From the NCBI RefSeq assembly GCF_006345805.1, contig NC_043002.1:99758001-99822000 (forward strand): DNA of 64,000 nt, given 5' to 3'. Made by a program: the position numbers and the translations under genes. Below the pieces are notes generated by a model, which was not told the origin of the DNA, searched no databases, and was given only the letters and a program-made list of their open reading frames with translations. Positions 1 to 13,540 of this stretch are shown in pieces. Source of the stretch: Octopus sinensis (Eukaryota). Numbering within the stretch: position 1 is the stretch's first letter; every line of letters begins with the position of its first letter.

Positions 1-1476
1 CAACAACAACAAAGTATCCGATGAGAACTGTTTGTTTATCATCTACGTCTTAATTTGTCATTCATAGACATGCGTATTAAATCCCGTTTGCTCAAATATA
101 ACTAAAATCTATCATCATCCGTCTGAAGATTATATCTGCAGTCTCGAAAGTAAATCAGATTTAATCATAAAGGTTATTTATGCCCAGACATAATTCAATA
201 TGTTGTCCGCCTTCTCATACAAATGAACACATATGCAGTTACGACATATATGCATAGAGTGACATAATCATAAATTTGAAAAACAAAAAAACAATAAACA
301 ACTGATTTTCTTTCCTACTATTCCAGGAGAAAACATTTCTTTCATTGAAATAATGCTATTCATGCACACGCACGTTATTTAAATTAAAATGAATAACATA
401 CTGTTAAACTTGGAAAGAGTCATAAAGACTAAACACTCTTACTATTTGTTGTTTGCTTATATTATACCACTTTTACATTTACCAGAGCAGTTGATACTTT
501 CTGCCACAAGTATCTACAGCCTGTACAATGGGCTATATATTCTGTATTAAATGCTTGTATTTTAGTTTCCAAATGATTTTAAATCTTTATTATACACGTA
601 AGCTACTGAGCTGCTTCTTTATGTAGTTCGCTTCATTTCATTATAGCTAACATCACAACGTGTATGAGGGTGAGTGTGTTGCTTGAATTTGATTAATGAT
701 TGAATTATTTGACCCTTGTTCTTATATTAATGTGGTAGATGGTTGGTGTTATGACAAACTTGTCACATCATTCGTTCTTGTTTATGAAGTGTGTGATGGG
801 TTCTACCTCCTGTATATGTATAGATTCTGTAAACATACATAAGTTCGGGTCCTTTGCCAGTCAAGAATGGTTATATGTATATGGCTCAAATTAATAATTT
901 TGTACGGAAAAGAGAAGATATACACAGAACACACACACACATACACACACACACACGCACGCGCAAACACATACACACATTCATGACATACGTAGTCCTA
1001 CGTACATTTGGTATGATTATTATATGAACTATGGAAATTTCTTCTGCAAGACGCAGGATCGTACAAGAATTTCTTAGTTTGTTATGGGCAAACAGAATAT
1101 TCTCAATGTCGCCTTTCAGAAATGTAGTAACTCAGAAGATGTTGCCCTATTATATTGAATTATTTAAATATTAGCTCGCGTAATAACAGAACACAGACAT
1201 TTTATAAGAAGGTGAGTCGTAGGTCGACTCAGTTGTTTAATATGATCGCTAGCAGTAAAGTTGTACTCAAGGGTAGAATCATTACACTCGCACTCCACAC
1301 CTCATATATCTTACAAATATGTATATTATTCAATAACAGGTTGATTCAACTCCATGCAGCTTAGAATTTCGTAGACTTTTAGAACGAATCTATGCAACAG
1401 TAAAATGAACGGAGATGAGTCGAACTATTATTAAATGATATGTGTAATTCCTTTCTTTCGTCTGCCGTCTAATTTG

Positions 1477-1508
<32 letters not shown>

Positions 1509-1960
1509 ATATTATATATATATATATAAATTTATAAATGAGGGTGAAAAATTGATATTAATTTAATAATACCATTAATTTAACACCGAGTGGCTTAGCA
1601 CAAAAAACTACGGAGAAAATACAAACTTATACATAAATTATTAGAGTTATCCACATAGTGGTTAACTCTCTAATAATTTATATATATATATGATGAAATA
1701 AGGATACAGATACAATCAGGTACTTGAAAAGATATGCACCAGGCAGGATTAGATAAACCTGTGGTTGGTGAGTATTAAATAAGCTATTTCGGCTGTGTAC
1801 CCAGAGAAAACTAAACCTGTCAGTATGTAGCACCTAGAGACTGGTCCAAAGTACGCGTTACTTTGAATGGTACGTTTTTGGTATACTCTAAGGTGTCGAC
1901 AAGTCGTAACTCCTCTTGGTGTATTAGAATCAAATGAATAGTAACATATAATTGATATGT

Positions 1961-2254
1961 GTCAGCTCATTACAGCTGTTTCTTACGTATCTTTTTAATA
2001 GAAGAATGAGAACATTGTTCCATTACGAAAGACCGTATCATCAGATGAAACGTAATTTTACAAACCAAAAAATATTCCAAGAATACACAGTTGGCCTCGA
2101 CAAACTTCAGCTACATCCCTGCTGTATTCATGGGATATTCTTTTGTTTGTGATATTACTTGTCATATGATGTTTGTAGAATTACTTGCCCTATGGAGTAA
2201 TGTTCCCATTCTTCTATTAAAAAGTTACGTAAGAAATAGCAGTAATGAGCTGAC
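1961..2254. repeat. Imperfect inverted repeat (62-bp arms, ~170-bp spacer), MITE-like or foldback remnant
   Basis: 1961-2022 GTCAGCTCATTACAGCTG...GAACATTGTTCCA matches the reverse complement of 2193-2254 with 6 mismatches in 62. Confidence 0.75.
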
Positions 2255-2312
2255 AATCATCCATCGTATGTTTTTATTCATTTGATTATGTATTATGTAT
2301 GTATGTATGTAT

Positions 2313-2730
2313 ATGAAGTGGTATCAAAACATCCCGAGACTAGTTATTCTTAATAAAATACAGTTTATTTACCAAAGTTTTAACATCATTTGCCTCGAAA
2401 AAGTCACCTTGGGCAGGAATACACTTGTCCCCGAGTTCCTGCCACTTTTGGAGTCCGGCCTCGAAGTCGTTTCCCGTAAGCGAGTCAAGGACCGTCTGCG
2501 ATTCTCTTTGGATTTCGACAACAGAGCTAAAATGGCAACCTTTGAGCTGCTTTTTCATCTGGGCGAAAATATGGAAGTCCGTCAATGCTAAATTGGGCGA
2601 ATATGGCAGGTATGGAAGTTGCGGAAATGTTTCCATGATATTTTTGGCGAGAAACACTCGAATGACGATAGCTCGGTGACCGGGTGAATTGTCGTCGTGA
2701 AGAATCCAATTCATTGCACGCCACAACGTT
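2313..2730 (-). mobile_element. Mariner (Tc1/mariner) transposase C-terminal remnant with one terminal inverted repeat
   Basis: ORF 2340-2726 has WILHDDNSPGH (cf. WILHHDNAPAH), YSPNLALTDF (cf. YSPDLAPCDF) and KCIPAQGDFFE (cf. KCI..QGDYFE). A TIR-like end TGAAGTGGTATCAAAACATCCCGAGACT follows a TA at ~2313. Confidence 0.92.
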
Positions 2731-3565
2731 CTAGGCTCTTCTTACAACTATCTTGCGTTCAAAAATTATACGAGTATTTTAAAAAAATTTCATTCAATAT
2801 ATTAAGTTTTTACACTACGTATATATTGATAGCGAATTATGACTTAAAAGAGAAAGTGAGACTTTGCAAATGAAAATAGAATACTCCGCAGTGTATGCAA
2901 TGAATATTTAAATTTGCAGTGAATATTGAAGTTTACGAGAAATTGGAGTTTAAAAAATTCAATAAATTTGAGAAATCGAAATTATAGGAAAATTCTTACA
3001 ACATGAATTTATAGAAATATTTCCAGACGGTACCATTTAATAATAGCTTTCTTTTAGTACTTTTCGTACTTGCTACATACCTAATAAATAAGTAGCTTTC
3101 TCTATTATAGTATAGATATATAATACATTTTCAGTAACATGTATTCAGTAATTTTAAAAACCAAACTTAAAAACTCTGCCAAGTATTGATGCATAATGTT
3201 TAACTTCATGAAAATGTTGAACCATGAATATTAGAATTGTTTTTACGTTAATTATCCTTCTCCTTCTCACACTTATAATCTGTACGAGTATTGAAATACG
3301 TACGGGTATTGAAAGATATCAATGTAGGAAAAACAGGAAGCTTATAGAAAACCTAGCATAAATGAAACATCACCAAATCAATTAATGTCGATGAATAAGA
3401 AAAACAGATGAATTTCGTTCACAAACAACAAAATTTCATGGATATTTTCTATATATGTTGGGGTCTCACATCATCAGTGATTCGTTGTTCTATGAACAGT
3501 ACACGCTACTCGCTGCGTTAGTTGACGATGACGTTCAGTTTTTTACAGATAGTGTACATTATGTT

Positions 3566-3985
3566 AGGCGTAGGAGTGAGTGTGTGGTAACCACATGGTT
3601 CCGGGTTCAGTCTCACTGTGTGGCAACTTAGGCGAGTGTCTCTTAATATAGCCTCGGACTGACCAAAGCTTTGTGAGTGGATTTGGTAGATGAAAACTGA
3701 AAGAAACCCGTTGTATATAATATATATATATATGTGTGTGTGTGTGTGAGTGTGTGTGTGTGCATGCATGCATGTTTGTTATTTGTGTCAGTATTTGTCC
3801 CCCCATCATCGCTTGACCGATTTTGGTATGTTTAAGTCACCGTCGCTTAGCGGTTCGGCAAAAGATAGAATAAGTACTACTAGCCTTACAAAGAATAAGT
3901 CCTGGGGTCGATTTGTTCGACTAAAGGTGGTGCTCCAGCATAGCCGCAGTCAAATGACTGAAACGAGTAAAATAATAAAAGAATA
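3566..3985 (+). mobile_element. tRNA-derived SINE, family A (octopus-type composite: tRNA-like head, (TA/TG)n, 3' module)
   Basis: Head GGCGTAGGAGTG...GGTTCCGGGTTCAGTC (B-box) and body GAGTGGATTTGGTAGA...ACTGAAAGAA. The 3' module GAATAAGTCCTGGGGTCGATTTGTTCGACTAAAGG...CAGTCAAATGACTGAAAC is near-identical to 7537-7945. Confidence 0.85.
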
Positions 3986-5574
3986 TGTGTAATTCTCAAG
4001 TATAATCATCGCGGGACAAATCAGGACCTTCAGTTTCAGGTGCAGTCAATCCAATGGACTTTCCACCCAATAGACACTCTTTACATGGTAAATGTGCATG
4101 TCCTGATGCTTTGCAACAAACACATATACCGGATCTTATTGTTGTGAAGTCAATGTCTTAACCGCCACATCAGCCACATTTGGTATATACCCGCCATCCT
4201 TAAACGTATAGAAAGAACACATTCCAGTATTCATTAAATAAAAATGACAGCATGGTCTTGGAAAGACTGTCTTCGCTCTATAAACTTCAATAGACCGACC
4301 TTATTTTATGGTGCAAAACGAAACGCAACTATTCGAAGTAAGCTTCTCAGCGTGAGACAACTTAGCGGTACATTGAAAAAGTTTCTTCCTCTATAATTTC
4401 GGATATAATAAAAACCTTACAATTTTAGTTGACAGAAGCTGTGTAGAAGCCTACCAGATGAATCAAGCCTCTTAATGGGTGGTTTGGATGGTAAACTAAG
4501 GTCATCTTCCGCATTACCTTTTCACTTGGTTACGGATCAAATTTAGAAGAGGCTATGTTGTTACATACGTTTAATCCTGTCACGTATCCGACGAAACTTT
4601 CCTCCCTTGAATTCATATGTTTGGAAATATTCTTAAAAAGAGTAACGGATAGTCGGTATTGAGCTTCCTTGTCCGGCTATGTTATTGAAAAATAATCTCT
4701 TCAACGTTTTCGAAATCTTCGTATTCTGTTTATTCAGTATATCTATCTAAAAAAATAAATCAACGCTTATGGTAAAATTTTTATTTGATATTTTGATAGT
4801 TTTATTCACTTGTTGCGCTAGACAATCGATGTAACGCAAGCTTAACTAAACATTTTTTAACTCCATACCATAGAAGTATATGTGTGTGTTTGTGTATAAT
4901 CCTTGCCCATTTGTTATTCAAGAATTATGTAATCAAAAGCCATATAAATTTCTAAATGTTATCAGGATCTCTTTATCTGTCAGTCACGATTTTGTTTTAT
5001 TTCCATTTTTTTTTTTTGTACAACATAAGCGTTCGTAGCACGGGAAAAAAAATATCATCTTAAATCCTTTGGATGTTATCTAATGCAAATTTTATTTTCA
5101 TTCTTGTTACAATTTACTCAAGATTTTTCTCTCGAAAACCAAAACCACAATAAATATGTAAAACAAATATTACAAACAGTACCATAAGAGATGAGAAACA
5201 ACGCAAATCAGACTGACAGACACAGGAAATATTCGATTGTCAACACTTGTATAATCATCAACAATCATCATTCAAATAAATCTGAACGAATCATAATTTC
5301 AATCAAAAATATTGCATGCAAGCTAACCAAAGAAAGCTAAAGAAAAAAAAAGTGTAACATTTACATCATTGAATTGAAAAGATTCTACTGCAGAAAAAAT
5401 ATAAGAAAACCAAATAAAGCATTACATTTTCCTGAGAGACGCTTTAGAATTCTTTCTAGCATTGCATTCTTTTCTACATTTTACTGTTTCTTTACAGCAG
5501 TATTTCTTCAACAGTTATATTACTCACCACTTTACCCCATTCTTTCTATTTCCTTCTCTCCTTCACTCTCGCTA

Positions 5575-5590
5575 TCTCTCTCTCTCTCTG

Positions 5591-5675
<85 letters not shown>

Positions 5676-5735
5676 CTCACACACAAGCACACACACAAGC
5701 ACACACACACACACACATATGTATATATATATACA
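5575..5735. repeat. Compound microsatellite (CT)n-(TATC)n-(CA)n-(TA)n
   Basis: Directly visible; explains the ORFs at 5374-5775 and 5462-5902. Confidence 0.95.
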
Positions 5736-5789
5736 TAGAGCATCACAGTATCAACCACGCTGTCGGATGTTGTAACATAACGCTGGTCA

Positions 5790-6055
5790 CGATGCGCTTC
5801 AGATTCTGTCTTGATTACGTTATTCCTTTTCCTCTTGACTCAAATTGCTTGACTAAATCGTTTTCCCATCATCGTAGAGGCTTTCTAATTGGCCATTTCT
5901 GATCCATTGGCTACCACACGGGAACCGCATGGGTCCACCTGTTGTCTGTGAATTTTGGAATATGTCCAGCTCAGCGAAAATTTTGCTCTCAGTTCTATAA
6001 GATCACATTTTTCACTGCACTCTGTTCTCGAATTTTTTCATTCGTATGTGTTCTC
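5790..6055 (-). mobile_element. RTE-clade LINE 3' end remnant (pseudogenised RT C-terminus)
   Basis: Minus frame reads TNEKIREQSAVKNVIL*N*EQNFR*AGHIPKFTDNRWTHAVPVW*PMDQKWPIRKPLR*WENDL, matching the RTE motif NEWIR..T.V.DI......RWAGH..R..D.RW.......P...KR..GRP..RW.DD. Confidence 0.7.
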
Positions 6056-6298
6056 TTAAAGATATTCACACACACACATACACACACACACACACACACA
6101 CCACACACACACACACAAACACACACACATATACATATATGTATGTATTATAAAAAGTATATATATATATATATATATATATAAGAAAGTTGGTTTGTGA
6201 AAGCACGTGGTTGAATATATAGAAAATAGTAAAAAGTGAAAAAACTACAGAAGGCTTAAAGGTTAAAAAATATATATATTTGCGTCAATATGTCTGAA

Positions 6299-6369
<71 letters not shown>

Positions 6370-6398
6370 AACATATATATTATGTAATATATTAATAT

Positions 6399-6660
6399 GT
6401 GGAGGCACGTGGCTTAGTGGTTAGGGTGTCAGCACCATGATCGTAATGTTGTGGTTTCAATTCCTGGACCGGGCGACAAGTTGTGTTCTTGAGCAAAACA
6501 CTTCATTTCACATTCCTCCAGTCCACTCAGCTGGCAGAAATGAGTAACGCTGCGATGGACTGGCGTCTCATCTATCTGGGGAGCGCATACGCCATAGAAA
6601 CCGGGAAACGGGGCCCATGAGCCTGGTTAGTCTTTAAAAGGGCGCATTTATTTGTTTTAT
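6399..6660 (+). mobile_element. tRNA-derived SINE, family D (V-SINE-like central motif) with 14-bp TSD
   Basis: A-box TGGCTTAGTGGTTAGG, B-box-like GGTTTCAATTCC, and GCGATGGACTGGCGTC motif; TAATATATTAATAT is duplicated at 6385-6398 and 6661-6674. Confidence 0.75.
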
Positions 6661-7045
6661 TAATATATTAATATATTACATTTATACATAATATATATAT
6701 AACATATACATGTATGTGTGTGTGCGTGTGTATGTCTGTCTTTATGTATCTGAGATGTATGCACGGGTGTACAACCGGAATGCATAACACACCAGTAAGC
6801 AATACTAAGTATGAAACATACTTATAACACATAAACTCTTCATGCGCAGTATTTTGAGTTTAAGAACCCCGAAAGACACCCCAGAAGTGCTGTTGAAGTA
6901 GTAAACAAAGAGAATTAATGAAAACAAATATTCTTATACCAACAGCGAAAAGGATTGTCTTTGATAAGGAAGGTAAAGCTTTACAGGGCATACGAATGGA
7001 TCATGTCAGTTGAGAAAAAAGTTAAATATTCCATTTCATATCACT

Positions 7046-7320
7046 GATAGTTCGTCAAAAGCAGTTCATCTTGTTGTGCGTACTTGTGTCATGGAACTAA
7101 AGTGTGGAGGAGGCAAAAGAAAGGAAGAGAGAAAAACGTCAGAAGTTGATTTTGGATAATCACATGAACGAAAGTGAGCAGTCGGGAAATTGCTGGTGTG
7201 TTCCTCAATAAGGGTTATCGATTCCTGGACGTCACAGGAGTGAGTAGAAGAACCATCAGGAACAAGGCCGATACCGATGAGAAATCATCTACATGGTTCT
7301 GGCTGAAAAAAGGTAAAAAG
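7046..7320 (+). mobile_element. Hero/NeSL-like LINE restriction-like-endonuclease C-terminal remnant
   Basis: Frameshifted translation SSKAVHLV...WN*SVEEAKERKREK and EIAGVFLNKGYRFLDVTGVSRRTIRNKADTDEKSSTWFWLKK resembles ELTVPWE..EEA.ERK..KY and EVG.RGF....L..LG.TG..R......AE..S.WLWL.R. Confidence 0.6.
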
Positions 7321-7536
7321 GTGATTTGTGGAATATGTAGTAAGCCATTTTAGGCACATATTTAGGCCTCATCGACCTTACTCAGGCAGTCTGAAAGAGG
7401 TGTGCATGTTGTAAGAGGTGAAATATTTATTGAGGATATGTATAGACATGATCTGTAAGTGTACGTAGAGACATTACTCCACAAAATTCTCATTCTCCAT
7501 AAACACATTTTATTAATATTAGCAGAAGTACTCATC

Positions 7537-7945
7537 AGGGGTGGCTGTGCGGTAAGTAGCTTCCTAACCAACCACATGTTTCCGGGTTCAGTCCCACTGC
7601 GTGGCACCTTGGGCAAGTGTCTTCTACTATAGCCTCGGGCCGACCAATGCCTTGTGAGTGGATTTGGTAGACGGAAACTGAAAGAATCCTGTCGTATATA
7701 TGTATATATATATGTATGTGTGTGTGTTTGTGTGTCTGCGTTTGTCCCCCTAACATTGCTTGACAACCGATGCTGGTGTGTTTATGTCCCCGTCACTTAG
7801 CGGTTGGGCAAAAGAGACCGATAGAATAAGTACTGGGCTTACAAAAAGAATAAGTCCCGGGGTCGATTTACTCGACTAAAGGCGGTGCTCCAGTATGGCC
7901 GCAGTCAAATGACTGAAACAAGTAAAAGAGTAAAGAGTAAAGAGT
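7537..7945 (+). mobile_element. tRNA-derived SINE, family A, nearly complete copy
   Basis: TGGCTGTGCGGTAAG A-box, GGTTCAGTCCC B-box, same body and 3' module as 3566-3985, (GAGTAAA)n tail. Confidence 0.9.
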
Positions 7946-8214
7946 ACCATAACAGTGTACAATGGCAAAATAATCAGACAACGTACATTCAGTTATCATA
8001 AAAGAATTCCCAGACTAAAGATATTTAAATGTAATGGTTGAATTCAAATCCATATAGCAAATATCTAGTAGGTATGACCATTCACATTGTAAAGTGGCAG
8101 GAAAATGCTTCAGTATCCATTGTTTCTTTTGTCGAGACTATAAAGAGTAGGCTGTAGATTTAGAGACTTTGCTTCTCCACATAAACAGGTAATTGATAAT
8201 AACGGGAATACGTG

Positions 8215-8255
8215 AATATATATACGTACATATATACATGCATATAGATACATAC

Positions 8256-8309
<54 letters not shown>

Positions 8310-8389
8310 TTGTGTATATATATATATATGTATGTATATGAATATATATATTTAGGAATATATATATATATATATGTACATATATTTAT

Positions 8390-8438
<49 letters not shown>

Positions 8439-8590
8439 CATATACAAATATCTGTGCGAATATGTATTTATATATGTGTGTGTGTGTTTATATATATATA
8501 TATGTATGTATGTATATATATGTATATATATATATGTATGTATGTATATATATGTATATATATATATATATGTATGTATGTATATATATG

Positions 8591-8654
<64 letters not shown>

Positions 8655-8840
8655 TGTATATATATGTATGTATGTATGTATATATATGTATGTATGTATA
8701 TAAATGTATGTATGTATATATATATGTATGTATATATATATATGTATGTATATATATATATGTATGTATGTATATATATATATATGTATGTATGTATATA
8801 TATATATGTATGTATGTATATATATATATGTATGTATATA

Positions 8841-8873
<33 letters not shown>

Positions 8874-8890
8874 ATATATATATATATATA
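8215..8890. repeat. Long compound (TA)n/(TATG)n/(CA)n microsatellite
   Basis: Directly visible; source of the YIYI/MYVC artefact ORFs. Confidence 0.97.
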
Positions 8891-9944
8891 TCAAATCATA
8901 TTTCGAGTAGTAAACTTATCTAATTCCGAGAGAGTTTTCTGTATCCATAGCTCCATCATCTCATCTCTGTTCTCTCACTATTTTTAGAATTTCCCAACAG
9001 TATACATTTACGTGTCATTGACACTAATAATTTCACTTGCTCTTTCTATCTTCTACTAATTCACCATTTCATTACTCTAGTATTAACCCTCGTATCTCAC
9101 TCCAACCACATGGTTCTTCTATTAATTCTTCCTGTTGAAATGTCTCCAACGTCCGTTTCGTTATTTTCCTTTCCCTACATTTAATCGTTAGCTCATTCTC
9201 TCATACATACGTTCAAAATCTATTTCCTCTTTCTTTTTCACTCATTCATTCCTTTTCTCTATTTTACATATATCTCATGTTTGTTTATCTACTTTTAGTT
9301 TACAATCACATTTTGGCTCCCTCCATGCCTCTGTCTGTCTATCTCTCTCTCTATCTCTCTCTCTCTCTTTCTGTATCTCCCCCTCTCTCTCTCCCTCTCT
9401 CATTCACTTTCTTTCATTTGACCTTTTTCATTCACACCTTGTCATCTTCATAGCTTTATTTCTTTTCTCGTCCACACTCTGTTTAACAGATTCTTTTGTC
9501 GCTACACATTTTCCACGCATCTCACTTGTTTATTTTCAGATCCACTTTTCTTTTTCCTCAGTTACATATAACTCATTCAAAACAAGGCAACATCCCAAAT
9601 ACTTTCTATGTACAATATACCAGTATAGTCCTTCTGTGTCGTTGTATATAACTATAGATTTATATATGTGGGCTTGTGTGAATATGTATTCCTGTGACCG
9701 TGTGTGTGAAGTGTGAACGTTTGTGTGTGTTTGTGTGAGTGCATGCGTGCATGTGCAAGTCACTGTTCATCATATTTGATAAATGTAATTTTCACGCTTG
9801 GTTTATACCAAATAATTGCGAGACGATAAAATCAAATAAATCCGAAGTTGTTATAGTTATGGTTCGGTACCATATAAGGTAACTAATTAATGGTGACTAA
9901 TAAAATTTTACCGTATAATTCTTATAGATGTGTTCCTTCCCTTG

Positions 9945-10231
9945 GGTTTGTATTCTTTTACCTGTTTCAGTCATTTGACTGCGGCCACGGTGGACACCAC
10001 CTGAAAGTCTCTTTTTATTCGAAGAAATCGATTCCAGGACACATTTTTTTGTAATCCTAGAACTCATGTAACCGGTCTCTTTTGCCGAACCGCTAAGTAC
10101 GGGAACATAAACACCAACATCGGCTGCCATGTGATGGTGGAGGAACAAACGCAGACACAAAGACACACGCACATAACTATATATATTACATGCATATGAT
10201 ATTAATCAAATTAATATTCAATTTTCACCCG

Positions 10232-10263
<32 letters not shown>

Positions 10264-10330
10264 CGATGGGCTTCTTTCGGTTTCCGTCTACCAAATCCAC
10301 ACACACGGCTTTGGTCGGCTTGAGGCCTGT
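9945..10330 (-). mobile_element. SINE family A fragments (3' module plus partial body)
   Basis: Reverse complements of CAGTCAAATGACTGAAAC, TTAGCGGTTCGGCAAA and GTGGATTTGGTAGACGGAAACCGAAAGAAGCCC. Confidence 0.8.
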
Positions 10331-11789
10331 TAGCAAAAGCGAAGACAAAACCGTAAAAGAGTGCATTATTTTAAAGTGAAGTACCTGTCGTTAGATTAAC
10401 ACGAAGAGGGAAACAAATGTTTTGATTCTTTCCTGTGAATTGTTAATTATTATTCCAGGAAATGAGGACACAAACACAAAAGATGAATTCAATTAGATCA
10501 GGTGTAATTATAAGTGGTTTAAAGCTAAAACAAAATGTAAAGAGCGTTGGAGATAATAATTTCAATGTTGATAGCAATAATAATTTTGTATAAAAATAAT
10601 TACCTCTAAGTAATAAAGTTTTCCAAATCAGCCACTAACAGAGAATACTTATTAATCAGAAACGACCTTTAAGTTAGTTACAGTTGTACTACCTACACGA
10701 GAATTCGATGGAACTAAACTCTAAGCGCTAGAAAATTAAATTAATTGAAGACAACCGAACATGCAAAAATACAAATACGTTTCTCTTTAACTAAAAGAGT
10801 TACTCAAAAGAGATGTCATATGAAACCGACCTCATCTCCAATTCAAATCCTTACATCGTGTTAAAACTCTCCGATTGTGTGGTGGGAAGGAAATCTAAAC
10901 AACATTACTTGGACATATTTCAAATTACATATCGCGTTCCAAAGATCATTGCACCGATTTTATGAATAAGATGATGCTCCATAGACGTTGACCATGCAAA
11001 ACTTTGCTACGTTGTACATATTTGTACGCTTTTTCTAATAACTATTTCAGTTTATTTCTTCGCTGCATAGAAAAATACTTTTCAGTGCTTCACATTCAGT
11101 GTACTTTTATATTTAGCTAATTATTTGTAATAAACCAAGTCAAATAAATGTCCTCTAACAATATTCATATGAAAGCTGCATTATTTTGTTCTAAACTCAT
11201 CATATATAAGACTACATTATCATAAGCCATTCATGTCGCATATAAGGCTGTGTTTACTGTCTGATGATATTGGTGTAATTTGTGGTGTATTGTTTGTATA
11301 TCGTATGCATTTATAGATGACTGCAAATTTTGCTGATAAGGTGATTTTCGCTTACACGTTGCGTCTTCAAGAGAACTGTTTTTTTATTAATCGTAATAAA
11401 GAGAAATTGAAGAAGGTAACCGCGGCATACCTTAAATTGCACGCGAAACAGTGTAATAGAATGGAAAGAAATAAGTGGAAACGTACACGGCAATGCCGAC
11501 ACTCGTATAGGGAACAAATTTGAATTCAAATATCAAAACAACAAACATAGATATTGGAATGCAATACTAGTGTTGCACAGGCCGGATGTGTACGTCTTGA
11601 TGTTGATTGTTCGTACCAATGCACCACAATTCACAATATTCATCGCTATCCCAGAGTAATCCATGTTAGCTTTGGTATCAAGCAAATTGAGGTATAATAT
11701 TGTTATGGAATGAATATTAGAACTGAGGCATTATTATGAAGTAAGCAATATTTCAATGACAGTGCAATATAATACAAATTTAATACACT

Positions 11790-11925
11790 ACTATATATTA
11801 ATTTCAAATTTTGGAACGATGCCAGCAGTTTTAGATGAGTGGGGGAAGTCGATAAGTACTCAACTGGTACTTATTTTATCCAGCCCGAAAGGACGAAAGA
11901 CAAAGTTGATCTTGGCGGAAGTACT
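11790..11925 (-). mobile_element. Degenerate SINE family B relic
   Basis: AACTGGTACTTATTTTATCCAGCCCGAAAGGACGAAAGACAAAGTTGATCTTGGCGGAA is similar to the family B core. Confidence 0.55.
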
Positions 11926-13504
11926 AATATATATTGACAAAATGTAATGTCATTTTTAAAAGTTAATACACGTTTAGTGATCTGAAAATACCATTATCGA
12001 TATCTCTGTCATATTATATATAGCTGCTAAGAATGGCTGATCTATACTTCAATAATGGGAGATTTTTTATGTCATAATACGTTTTTAGGTGTACCTATTC
12101 TGTCAAAGATCAGACTCACTCTCCTATCTGCCTTCCATTTTTAATTACTTCCATTTAATTTCAGTACAGTTGCTTTCATACGCTTTCACTACAAGAATCA
12201 AAGATTTATATTTGCGCAATATTACGGGTTTAATTTTGATTAATTATATATTTTGGCTCATCACATTGAATATCTTAGCGCATACTTTAATGTTCGGTTT
12301 TCATGAAGTATGACTTCCTGCGTAGTTTCTTCTAGTGAGATTTATAATGATTCAACATACTTTAAATCACGCATATAATTACTTAGGTTGGGGCACAGTC
12401 TAGAAAATCTGATTAAATTCTGACGAATGAATTCATACGAGGAAAACAAAATGTCAAGAAACGCTGAGAGCAGAATGTAACTGAGATGAGTGTTATTCCT
12501 TTTATTTTATTAGGATTGATTTCGAAATTTTTATGGCTTTCAATTTCAAAGTTTCAGTAGCATTATTAATGCAAATTACTGCAAACCTTTTCGTATTTGC
12601 TCCAGAGGGTAGAGCGATAAACTTTCAAGTGACATATTTCTAGATTTGTTTGCATTAAGCAATATTCTTGTTGTAGAAACGTTTTATTGCTTCCCGCTCA
12701 TTAGTGAGCTTCAGATTATGAGATTACCTTAACTCGATGGTATTTACAATAAAACAACATGTCTTCCTGAGTGCCTGGTCTATCATTTCCTCAGAAGCCA
12801 TTCTTCTTCCACATATTAGTCAGTTGTTTCTAATAGAATGTGGTGTGTTAATACCAAATACCAAATATATGCTGGATTTACAAAATATCTCCCTCTATAC
12901 TGTAGACAGGTTGCAAGATATTAGACGAGCAGAGTACTTGTATCTTTATAGCGTTTAATTAAACCTTGACTTCATACACCTTATTATGTTCATAGTCTCG
13001 GTGAAGTTCAGTCTACTGGGGAGTCTAAATTATATTATCATCACCAGCAAAGCCCGTAAAGGAAGCTTTTCTAAAAAGGAACATATGTCCCACAACGCTA
13101 TTAGCAGCATTGAATTTGTGATATGTAATGGGAAGAAGCATCTAATATGTGTATGCGTTTATGTGTATGTGTAATACATATATGATGGATTTCTGATGTA
13201 ATTTGAATGTTCTTTCATTAGGAAATGACACTAATAAAAGAAACTAGACAAAGTGCTTGATGAATAAAGATTCATGGTTTCCTTTATAAAGAGGGATTTA
13301 CTGCTATTTACATTTCATTCCATAACTGTTGTGTATTTATGCTGTCAACATGGTTAAAGATTTTGGCTTAGAAATTCTCAAATAGGAAACATGAAATAAC
13401 ATTTAGAAGAAAAAAATCGTTAAATGACAGCTGAGAGCTGGTCTGTCACCAGTCGAACAAAATACACATTTCATGCATGAACACATATAAATGGCAGTTA
13501 AGGA

Positions 13505-13540
<36 letters not shown>

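Noticed and set aside
121-160. CTGAAGA...CTCGAAAG hammerhead-like words
   Set aside because: Helices I, II and III do not pair
647-669. 23-nt plus-strand micro-exon candidate (ANITTCMR) with TTATAG| and |GTGAGT; similar ones at 15214-15236, 15947-16019, 56778-56803 and 60630-60644
   Set aside because: Such short AG...GT matches are expected by chance in 64 kb of AT-rich DNA; they do not chain into a recognisable protein
8138-8987. Long ORFs (up to 264 aa) of YIYI/MYVC/HTHT composition, also at 5374-5902, 25079-25513, 26225-26742, 40206-40687, 49627-50082, 50899-51485 and 54947-55593
   Set aside because: They are translations of (TA)n/(TATG)n/(CA)n microsatellites that happen to lack stops; no protein signal
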